A stretch of 64,000 nt of DNA from Felis catus (lineage: Eukaryota), in NCBI RefSeq assembly GCF_018350175.1, contig NC_058368.1, positions 173,664,001 to 173,728,000 on the forward strand. Direction: 5' to 3'. The notes beneath the pieces were generated by a model, which ran no database searches, had not been told where the DNA came from, and saw only the letters and a list, made by a program, of their open reading frames with translations. The translations under genes and the position numbers were made by a program. Shown here piece after piece: positions 1-11,513 of this stretch (position 1 is its first letter; each line of letters starts with the position of its first letter).

Positions 1-719
1 TTGGATGCTTAACTGAATGAGTCACCCAGGCACCCCAAATGTCATTTTACCTACTGTCATATAACCTACCTTATAATACGAACTGTGTGTAAACTATTTT
101 CTTTTAATTAAAAAAAAATTGAGAGAGAGCACACATGAGTGGGGGAGGGGCACAAAGGGAGAGAGAGAGAATCCCAAGCAGGCTCCACATTGTCAGCACA
201 GAGTCCGAGGCAGGGCTCGATCCCATGAACTGAGAGATCATGACCTGAGCCGAGGTCAAGAGTCAGACGCTTAACTGAGCCACCCAGGTGCCCCAAAACA
301 TTTTATTTAAAAAAGTCTGTTGGGGCACCTGGGTGGCTCAGTCAGTTGGGCGTCCGACTTTGGCTCAGGTCATGATCTCACAGTCCGTGAGTTCGAGCCC
401 CGCACTGGGCTCTGTGCTGACAGCTTAGAGCCTGGAGCCTGTTTCAAATTCTGTGTCTCCCTTTCTCTCTGTTCCTCCCCCACTCATGCTCTCTCTTTCC
501 ATCAAAAATAAATAAAAAACATTAAAAAAAATTTTTTTAATAAAAAAAGTTTGTTACTCATGTTTCCCTATGAAAAGTATTTCCCCTACCCTCTTCTCCT
601 TGGACTATTCTCAGGTTTCACTTTGTTTCTTCTCTGGCTCCTCTTCTACCTCTCTTAAATGGAATTTCCCTATGGATGTGTCCCTGATTTTTGTCTCTCT
701 ATACCTCCCTCCCTGGCAA

Positions 720-723
<4 letters not shown>

Positions 724-787
<64 letters not shown>
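724..787. repeat. (AT)32 microsatellite replacing the tail of a minus-strand SINE
   Basis: Pure AT run adjoining the SINE at 788-1027. The flanking repeat CCCTGGCAAT(C/G)TCAT is at 711-725 and 1025-1039. Confidence 0.95.
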
Positions 788-790
<3 letters not shown>

Positions 791-3630
791 AGAGAGAGTG
801 AGTGGGAGAGAGGGGCAGAAGGAAGGAAGGAGGGAGGGAGGGAGGAAGAGAGGGAGGGAGGGAGGAAGAGAGGTTGGGGGGGAGCGAGCGAGCGAGCGAG
901 AGAGAGAGAGAGAGAGAGAGAATATTTTAGGATCCATGCTCAGTGGGGAGTCCAACATGGGGCTCAATCTCAGGACCCGAGCTGAAATCAAGTCGGACAC
1001 TTAACTGACTGAGCCACCCAGATGCCCTGGCAATGTCATTTAATCCTTAGACTTCAACCACCCTTTCTACTCAGATGACTCCTAAACAATTTCTGGGCCC
1101 GCCATCTCTTCTGAAGTTTAGCAGCACATTTCCAATAGCCTATTCAACATTTTCACCCACATGTGGCATCAGTACCTCAAATGCATCATTTAAAACCACT
1201 ACATATGTTAATGACACTATCACCCTCCAAAATATATAGGCAAAGATGACATCTGGAACCTCAGCTTCATTTTTGAGTATTCTATTCCCTTGAATTCCAC
1301 GCTTCATCAGCAATAAAGTTCTGGCCATTTTCTATATACATCTGTAACCACATTTCCCTTCTCACAGCCAGCATCTTTAATCAACACTTCAAGTGAACTG
1401 TCAAAATAATTCTTCTCTCTCCTTCTAACTATTCTTCCTATCATGTATATGTGTGTGCATGCATGTATGTGTATCACTCCTTGGCTCAAAACTTTTCAGT
1501 TGATTGGATAATACATTCCAAAATCTTTAGCTTAACATTCAAGTACTCCTATAATGTGGCCCCAGCCTCTCTTTCTAGATTATTTGCTAACTGTTTCCCT
1601 TTTGGTGTCCAATACTTAATAAATCTAACAGTTCATATGTACATCTAATGACCAGAATTTCCACAAAGCTAAATCCTAGACTTTTTTTTGAGGACTAATA
1701 CAAAAGCCAAATCCATCCATCCATCCATCCTTTCATGTAACAAATGTCTATTGTTACTGTCTATTCTGTGTGTTATTTACTACATCCAAGAGATACGGAG
1801 ATGATAATGGAGATGATACAGTCTCTATGCTCAAGAAATTTCTCCTAACAACCAGCAAGCAACAGAAGAAAGACATTGATCTCAATCTCACAAAAATGTG
1901 TTAACATGCACTTCTGAATCAGGAGCCTAAGGTTCTTACATTGATTCTGACCCCATAACCATGGACCAGACACATTTTAACTCTTTAGGATTTAATTCTA
2001 AAAGATTTTAGCTCCCTTTATGTGCACCATGAAGGACTTAGTTTGGGCTGGTTGCCCTTTCCAGAGCTTAAAAACAAACAAACAAACAAACAAACACCTA
2101 GAAGTCTGGATTAGTTAGGTATGCAATTATTTATTTTTATTAAAAAATTTTTTTTGAAGTTTCTTTATTTGAGAGAGAAACAGATCAAGCAGGGGAGGGG
2201 CAGAGAGAGAGGTAAAGAGAATCCCAAGTAGATTCTGCACTGTTAGCACAGAGCCTGATGAGGGAGCCTGAACTCAAATTGTGAGTTCATGACCTGAGCC
2301 GAAATCAAGAGTCAGAAGCATGGGCTCCTGGGTGACTCACTCAGTTAAGCGTCAGACTTTGGCTTAACTTAGGTCATGATCTCCTGGTTCCGGGGTTTGA
2401 GCCCCGCCCTGGGCTCTGTGCTGACAGCTCAGAGCCTGGAGCCTGCTTCAGATTCTGTTTCCATCTCTCTCTGCTCCTCCCCTGCTCGTGCTCTCTCTCT
2501 CTCAAAAATAAACGTTTAAAAAAAAAAAAAAAAAAGAGTCATGCTTAACTGAGGCACCCCTGAAAATTTTCAATGTTTGTTTATTTTTGAGAGAGAGAGA
2601 GAGACAGAATGCAAGCCAGGGAGGGGCAGAGAGAGAGGGAGACAGAATCCAAAGTAGGCTCCAGGCCCTGAGCTGTCAGCACAGAGCCTAATGCAGGGCT
2701 TGAATCCACAAATTGCAAGGTCATGACTTGAGCCACAGTCGGATGCTCAACCGACTGAGCCACCCAGGCACCCCAAAATTGTTTACTTTTTAAAAGTCCC
2801 ACAACAAATTTTGATTTTTTTTAATGTTTAAAGTACCATGGGGCACCTGGGTGGCACAGTTGGTTAAGCTTGGCCCAAGTCTTGATTTTGGCTCAGGTCA
2901 TGAACTCACAATTTGAGTTCATGTGAGGTTGAGCATGGAGCCTATTTGGGATTCTCTCTTCCTCTCTGTCCCTTTCCCCCACTCACGTGCTCTCTCTCTC
3001 AAAAAAAAATTTAAAAAATAATTTAAGACTAAGAAAATAATAAAATACTGTGCAAATTTCAAAACTGAAATTGAAAAGCTCTATTGAGTACCACTGGCTT
3101 TGACAGCTCTGACAGTAAGGACTTTAGTTCCTGACCATTCTAGGCCTCTGACCAATTTGGCTACTGCCTTCTGGCTTATAATAGGCTCCTTCTTAACTTC
3201 CAATTTCCTCACAGCCTTCTGCAGAAGACTGCGATGTCCAGGGTTCCCTCCTCTTCTGTACATATTCTCTTTAAGAATTAGACTCTACTTCTGCCTTCTT
3301 CTCAGGGTGTAATGGCCACTCGATCTTTAAAAACTAAAATTGTTTTCTCTCTTATGTACCTATTATTTTCTACTTTCTACCATCATTATTTATACCCATT
3401 CTATTGCCTTATCAGAGGATACAGGCTCCTTGAGAGCACTGTCTGTGATTCATCTATATATAATGCTCCCCTGTACTTAGCACACAACACAGTGAGGACT
3501 TTATAAGTTATAGAAAAAGTTAGTATAAATTAAACCGACCCTTTTTGTATAAGCTTTAATAACTGTTGCTATAAGCTGAAACCTTTAGACATTTTCACCA
3601 GATCTCAACTATTAAAACCCTGGGGCTTTA

Positions 3631-3860
3631 GGGGCGCCTGGGTGGCGCAGTCGGTTAAGCGTCCGACTTCAGCCAGGTCACGATCTCACGGTCCGTGAGT
3701 TCGAGCCCCACATCAGGCTCTGGTCTGATGGCTCAGAGCTTGGAGCCTGTTTCCAATTCTGTGTCTCCCTCTCTCTCTGCCCCTCCCCCGTTCATGCTCT
3801 GTCTCTCTCTGTCCCAAAAATAAATAAACGTTGAAAAAAAAATATTAAAAAAAAAAACAA
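3631..3860 (+). mobile_element. Young CAN-SINE (SINEC_Fc type)
   Basis: Head GGGGCGCCTGGGTGGCGCAGTCGG with retained CpGs. The perfect 17-bp TSD AAAACCCTGGGGCTTTA is at 3614-3630 and 3861-3877. Confidence 0.95.
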
Positions 3861-4850
3861 AAAACCCTGGGGCTTTAAAATCCCAAACGTTCTGACTACA
3901 TGTTAAGCTGGCTGTTAAAAACACAAATTTGCAGAACCTTCCTGAAAATTAAGAAGTCAGAGATGGAAATTTTTTTTTTTTTTTTTTTTTTTAAAAAGCT
4001 CCTGAGCTGATTCTAATGCACAGCCAGACTGGGAAATTCACGGTATTGCACAATTCTACGTAGAACCAGAGACTATATTATGTCATTTATTAACTTAAAA
4101 AAAATTTTTTTAATGTTTATTTTTGAGAAACAGAGAGACAGAGAGCAAATGAGGGGAGGGGCAGAGAGAGAAAGAGAAACAGAATCTGAAGCACACTCTA
4201 GGCTTCGCACTGTCAGCACAGAGCCTGACATGGGGCTTGAACCCAGGAACTATGAGATGACATGAGCCAAAGTTGGCCCCTTAACAGACTGAGCCACCAA
4301 GGTGCACCACTTATTAACTTTTTAAAAAAGGAGTTAGAAACATTGCAGAGAGAACAGAGTAACTGCACATCTTCAATACTGAAACACTTAACCTAATTTA
4401 CAAGCAAAACTCTTTTGTAAGTGGTGAATCAGGGTAAACTGGATGCCCAAGTGAACAAGCCTGCTTTCAATCACTACTGTTGAGTATTGGAAACATGCAC
4501 TAGGACTAAGCAATGCTAGACACACCTAGGACAGGTGTAATTTATTCATCTAGCAACAGATGTTCACCAATCCAGTATTCTAGAAATCCAGATACAAACA
4601 TAATACCTGGTCTCATTCAGTTTACATCCTACTGGAGGCAGACTTACCAAAGCAAACCAGACACACAGAGCAAATAAATGAACAAAATTTTAGGGTAGGG
4701 TATTCCTTCGGAATAGGTGTTCAAGGAAGGCCTCTACAAGGAGCAAACATTTCAGCAGAAAGCTGATGAAAGATTAGGGCCCAGCCATGGAAAAATATGC
4801 AGGGAAAGTATCCTAGGCAGCAGGACAACAAATGCAAAAACTCTGAGACA

Positions 4851-6429
4851 AATGGATATATGACATTATGCATTTGTCAAAACCCAGAGAACTTTATGGC
4901 AGAGTGAATCTTAATGCATGTAAACTTAAAAAAATCGTTTAAAAGGTCAGAAGATCCTAGGATGGAATACAGTCTGTGACAAAAGAATTTAATTGTATTA
5001 TAAATATATAAAACAACCTCTTTGAAGAGGGTGGAGGGGAGAGTTGCTGACCTAACTGTGGAAATGAGTGGGGTCTGAAAGGCTAAAGGCAAAAGAAACC
5101 GCACATAAGTGCAATCTCTAGCTGATAAAGTTGTTTGCCATGGGGTATGAGTTCTGAAGCCACTAAATCTATATACATATACCGGAACTGAAAAATTAAG
5201 TAAACAGATGTGGGTGGGGGGAAACAGTTTTCTCTGTGTTGAGGTGGGAAGTTACAGATAACCAAGGGGAGAAGGCTAGAATGATCCATGTGGTAATGGA
5301 TTAGAGTTGGGAGACATCTGAATCAACTCATGTTTAGCTTAATATAGAATGGTTACAGAGAGAAGCAGATAACTGAGTATATACACATGTATGTCCTTGT
5401 TCCATCAGCTGAGAGGGCCTAGAGGCAACAACACACATTCCAGTAAGTAGCAAGCACACATAATGCTCAGAGTTTGGTTGCTAATACTATTCTCCAAAAA
5501 AAGGAACCAGGCTCCTTAGAGAAAGAGAGGATCTTAGGACTGGGGCAGGAAATATATAGGATGACCTCAGAGAATTTCATACTCCCAGGAAGTAAGGAAG
5601 TGCTCAAAAGAACCCCACAATGATGGGGGTATATAAAGAGATACAGGAATCAACCCAAATAGCTCCCAGTGGCCAAAGATGATACAATTTGAGTAACAAA
5701 ATAAAGTAGTAATGGATTATAATCCTGAATACAAATTAAATATCCACGAGTCCATATAAATACATAATTGAATAAATAAATGGGGGAGAGTAGACAAACA
5801 GCCTACGCAGAACAACTCCAAATAATTGTGTGGATACTATCCCTTCAAGGAGGTGGAACATAATTCTCTACTCAAGTGTGAGCTGTGTGCAGTAACTTCT
5901 TTCCAAAGAGTATGGTATGGAAAAGAACGGGAAAACATTAACTTTATAGTGGAGAAACCCAACAGACACTACCTCAACCAGGTGATCAGGTGATCAAGGT
6001 CAATGGTGATAAATCCTGTTGACAGTATGCATCCTTGATAAGATGTAATAAGCATTTTACCTTTGTGTTCTTCCTTCAAAAAATCCATAACCCTAGCCTA
6101 ATCATGAAAAAAACATCAGGCAAATCCCAATCGAGGGACATTCTACAAAATACCTGACCAGTACTCCTGAAAACTCTCAAGGTCATCAAAAACAAGGAAA
6201 GTCTAAGAAGCTGTGGCAGCCAAGAGGAGCCCAAGCAATTTGGCTACTAAGTATAATGTGGTATCCTAGATGGGATCCTGGAACAGAAACACATTAGGGG
6301 GCACCTGGGTGGCTCAGTCAGTTAAGCAATACACTCTTGGTTTTGGCTCAGGTCATGATCTTGCGACTGGTTTCAGGGGTTCGAGTCCTACATCAGGCCC
6401 TGCCCTGGCAGCACAGAAGTCTGCTTGGG

Positions 6430-6475
<46 letters not shown>

Positions 6476-6790
6476 CCTCCCTCCCTCCCTCCCTCCTTGA
6501 CTTGTGCTGTATCTGTCTCTCCCAAATTTAATAAATGAACTTAAAGAAAAAAAAAAACTTTAAGAAAACATCAAAAACTAAGGAAATCAGACTGAAGTAT
6601 GAACTTTAGTTGATAATAACGTATCAGTGTTGGTTCAATAAGTGTAACAAAGGCATGAAATAATAATGTAAGAATGTTGATAAGGAACACCCAGTAAAGA
6701 AAATATGGGAAGTTGTGTACTATTTTTAAAACTTTTCTGTAAATCTAAGTAGAGAGTTTACTTGAAAATGTTTAAAAAACAAAAGTAGGG
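4851..6790 (+). mobile_element. Ancient L1M (L1MC-like) 3' UTR fragment with a nested SINE, splitting an L2
   Basis: Contains L1MC-type 3' UTR motifs (GGAGAAACC...ACTACCTCAACCAGGTGATC, GAGGGACATTCTACAAAATACCTGACCAGTACTC). TCTGAGACA occurs on both sides (4842-4850, 6797-6805), and the flanks are L2-like. Confidence 0.65.
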
Positions 6791-6870
6791 GACACTTCTG
6801 AGACAGAATGAACTTAGCAAGTTAGCAGATAATGTCTGAGAAGTAGGCAAGGAAGAGAACATTCATCCAG

Positions 6871-7047
6871 GGCGGTGCTTCTCAGCCTAACTTGCGTATC
6901 AGAAGTACCTGAGAGGAATCTACAGATGCCTAGACCTCTACCCCAAGCAATTTAATCACTCTCTGAAAATGTAACTTAGGCATAAATTTTTTCCTAGGGG
7001 AGTGAGAACTTTCAGGTGATTCTACTGTACAGGGTTGAGAATCACCA
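6871..7047. mobile_element. MER5A-like hAT-Charlie element
   Basis: The ends GCGGTGCTTCTCA ... GTTGAGAATCACC and the internal CAGGTGATTCT resemble MER5A. Confidence 0.6.
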
Positions 7048-8859
7048 ATGAAGAGCTTTAATTCTAAATTCAATGGGAGTGTCATTCTGTCTGTGAGAAG
7101 CATTAATTGCAGAGGGCATGAAAGAGAACAAGACACCAGCTAGGAGACTATACAGATGTCTGTGAGAAAGAGAATGGTAGTTTACGATGGTAGCAGTGAA
7201 GAGGGAAAGAAGAGGACAGATTTAGGGTATATTGTTAAAGCTAGAGCCAAAAGGACCGAATGATAAATATGTGGGGGTGGAAGAGAAATACTAAGATGAA
7301 CCCAAGCTTCAGTGGAGGGATGATAGTGTTATTTACTAAGAATGAGGAAAACTGCTGATATAATTTTGTACATCTTTTTGAGAATCATTTACTTCTGGTA
7401 AAGCAAAGTGTTTAAAAAAAGATTAGGGGAAAAAGTAGAAACACACTGCCAAAGATGAATGCACTCTATGCTTAGATGTATCATATAGGAATGGACCGCC
7501 TGATCGCAATGCCAGCCAGCAAGATGGATAGCGATCTATCCAAAGGGTCAAACGCAAAACATGAGGAACTCACTTGCCACCCCCTGTCTGAAAACAGTTG
7601 CACTCATAGCCTGGATAGGGTTGGCTACCTTTTCTCAGTTTCATGTTTTTTTCTAAACCTAGGATAAATTAGGCAAAGAAAGTTTAAATACTAGAGAAAG
7701 ATGGGAAAAAGGGAGGTTTCCCTGTGGTCCCAATCACTACCAATACAACTGGTTTACATTTTAGTATTTCCTTGTAATTCACTGCACTGCAAGAAAAGGA
7801 TCTGGGATTTTGATTCAATCTCCATTCAAACATTTTAATTATAGATGGAACTGGTTAATGGGCATTGCTTCTCTTTTCTAAACTGTAAGCATCCTGAGAA
7901 GAATCCATTTACTTTTGCTTTCTGATCTTCGTAGGACTCTTCTGGTGTTGTCTTTCCTGACTTGGGAACCAATCCCTCCACTGCTCCCTTTCCACTAATC
8001 AGCCCTGTCTCCCACATCACTGCTAACAATCACCGGTTGAGGAGTTTTCTATATTTTCTCTTCTCTGTGAGACATCTCTCTCCTAGATACACAAAATTTT
8101 GAGCACTCCTACTTATTTTATCAAGTACTCTTCTTATATATTACTCTTCATAACCATTTTAACGGTTATATAATACTGTAATTGGCCAAAACAATTTACA
8201 TACAGATGTTACAATTGCTTTTGATTTCCCACTATTAAAATAGCACTTTGATGAATATTTCTGTTACGTTTCTCTGTATTCAGAATTTCCCCCTTTAGGA
8301 TCCAATCAAAATTATGATCCAAGGAGTATGCATAATTTTTCAAGTTCCTGATACATATTGCCAAAATCTACTTCGGAAGGACTATTTCAATTTAGGGCTG
8401 GTTTCAATGTGAATCAAAAGCTAAGTATGTCTCGAGCCAGTATTCATTCTCATTTCAGTGCCAAAGTGAGTTGTGCAAAGCCAGCTTTGTTCGAACAAAG
8501 AATATGGCAGTTTTGGCTGCAGACACTGCATTAGCTTTGTTACCAATTCTTTCGCAGCAATAACATGTTTGGTTACCGGCACTTATGGAAGATAGGTGAA
8601 ACAGAGAAGTTAAAGAAATGATGGATTTAATAACCTTACTCACTGGTTTCCAGTTCCTCCCAAATTAATTTCTTTAGAATTCAACAGGTTATAATTTTTT
8701 TCATTTTTAAACTTATTTATTTAGTAGGCTTCACACCCAGTGTGGAGCTTGAACTCACAACCCTGAGATCAAGACTTGAGCTGAGATCAGGAGTCAGATG
8801 TCCAACCAACTGAGCTACCCAGGCGTCCCTATAATTCTCTTTTAAAAGGAACTTTTTCT

Positions 8860-9095
8860 GGGGCGCCTGGGTGGCGCAGTCAGTTAAGCGTCCGGCTTCA
8901 GCCAGGTCACGATCTCACGATCTCGCAGTCCGTGAGTTCCAGCCCCGCGTCAGGCTCTGGGCTGATGGCTCAGAGCCTGGAGCCAGTTTCCAATTCTGTG
9001 TCTCCCTCTCTCTCTGCCCCTCCCCCGTTCATGCTCTGTCTCTCTCTGTCCCCAAAATAAATAAACGTTGAAAAAATAAAAAAAAATAAAAAAAT
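8860..9095 (+). mobile_element. Young CAN-SINE (SINEC_Fc type)
   Basis: Same diagnostic head. The perfect TSD AAAAGGAACTTTTTCT is at 8844-8859 and 9096-9111. Confidence 0.95.
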
Positions 9096-11513
9096 AAAAG
9101 GAACTTTTTCTTAATTTTTTTTTAAGGCACTCTCTATGCCCAATGTGGGGCTCAAACTCATGACCCTGGGATCAAGAGTCAGTCTCCACTGACTAAGCCA
9201 GCCAAGGGCCCCTCTTTTTTAACCCTGCACTCCAAGGAACTTTTTTCTAATGTTTATTTTTTATTTTTACGAGGAAGCACGTGTGTGTAAATGTGGGAAG
9301 GGCAGAGAGGGGGAGAGAGGACTGAAGAGGGCTCTGTGCTAACAACAGATAACCCGTTGTGGGGCTCAAATTCATGAACCTCGACATCATGACCTGAGCT
9401 GAAGTCAGATGCTTTACACAGGTGCCTCAGGAACTTCTTTTTAAACACTATATGTTAACTCTAACGGAATTTAAGATTTTTATTTAAAAAAAATTTTTTT
9501 AAACATCTGCACAGAGTGCAAGCTGGGGAGGGGCAGAGAAAGGGAGACAGAATCCAAAGCAGGCTCCAGGCTCTGAGCTGTCAGCACAGAGCCTGACACA
9601 GGGCTCGAATTCATGAACTGTGAGATCATGACCTGAGCCAAAGTTGGCTGCTGAACGGACTGAACCACCCTAGTGCTCTGAATTTAAAAATTTTAAAAAG
9701 GAACTTTCTTTTTTTTTTTTTTTAATTTTTTTGACGTTTATTTATTTTTTGAGAGAGAGAGAGAGAGACAGAGCATGAGCAGAGGAGGGGCAGAGAGAGA
9801 GAGGGAGTCACAGAATCTGAAGCAGGCCCCAAGCTCTAAGCTGTCAGCACAGAGCCCCATGCGGGCCTTGAACTCACAAGCCGTGAGATCATGATCTGAG
9901 CTGAAGTCAAACACTCAACCGACTGAGCCACCCAGGTGCCCCAAAAGGAACTTTCTTTTGAGAAGAGAACTGCATCCCAAAGACACAGTGCAGTGCCTTA
10001 GCAAACAGTTAATAAACTGTGGAAACTGTCTAAACGAATAAATGAATGAATCCTGTTCTTACACCAACAATCAACTTTTATCTCTCTAGTTTTTTATTGT
10101 TGTTTTTTTTAAAGATTTTATTTTCAAGCAACCTCTACACCCAATGCAGGGCTTGAACTCACAATGCCGAGATCAAGAGTCACATGCTCCCCCAACTGAG
10201 CCAGCCAGGCACCCCATCTCTCTCTAGCTTTTAAATACTGTTCCTCTCATTATCATTTACTCCTACTTTGTGTCAGGACCTTTACTTCATCTTCCTCAAC
10301 AATCCTGAGATAGATATTGCCACCATACCCATCATGAGTTGAGAATACGAAGACTCTTTGAAAAGAATTATGTGGGGGTGCCTGGGTGGCTCACTTGGTT
10401 GGGCGTCTGACTTAGGCTCAGGTCTTGATCTCGCAGTTCGTGAGCTCGAGACCTGCATCAGGCTCTGTGCTGACAACTCAGAGCCTGGAGCCTGCTGCAG
10501 ATTGTGTCTCCCTCTCTCTGCCCCTCCCCTGCTTGTGCTCTCTCTCTGCCTCTGAAAAATAAACATTAAAAAATTTTTTTCTTAATGTTTAAAAAAAAAA
10601 TTATGTGGAAGCATTCCCACACTAAGGCAGGTACACCATAAGTACTCAAAGGTTAGCTAAATCTGCTAACCTTTATTTCCTAGTTGGCTTGCTTTCCAGT
10701 ACTCCGGTTTACATTAAGATCTACTAACATCTGAGGTGACTTGAGATGGCATTGGACAAAATCGCTGCTGTGGCTACAAAGATTAATTTTAGTACCTGGA
10801 TATTAACATTGGGACCTTCTCCCTCTAATCTCCCAGGGCCACTGTCTAATGTCAAAGCTATTACAAATCCCCTCCTGGGTAGGTCCATCCAGGTCTGTCT
10901 TACTGAGATATCCCTTGCTCCAAGATGATCTTTCCCTCCTTCCTCCTCCCCTCAAAGCTAACTCCCCTTCCATTAATTGCTCTCCTAAGGATTTAGGATA
11001 ATGCTACATTTAGTTACAGCTATTTACACAACAGTATAATTGACTTGTTGCATTAGTAAGAGAAAGGCAGTATTTATCTCTAGGGCAAAAAATATCCTGA
11101 ACCCCAATCAATCTCTAACTAGTAAGATGCATAGAGGAAATTGGAGGAAAGTGTGCAAACTATTTCTATATCCTTCTCCTATTCCATCTTTGGTCTAACT
11201 TCCTCCTCTCCCAAGTCAGAAGACAACAAACAGGATGTCAACACCACCTGGCAATTCACTTCTGAAATACTGTGATCCTTGACTTAACTTTTAAGTATGA
11301 TTCAAGGAAGGTATCACAAACAATAGATGATGTAGTGTTTTAACTAGATGTCTCATTCAACTATTTGGATAGGGATTAGGTAACACTCAAGATTACCCAA
11401 GTGTAATCACTGGAGTGCTTTCCTAAGAAGTATTTCTCTTCCCACACCTCATCTGTTTATACTAACACTGTAGGAGGTGATGTGAAATCTCAGTTGAAAT
11501 TTAAGTGCTCTCT

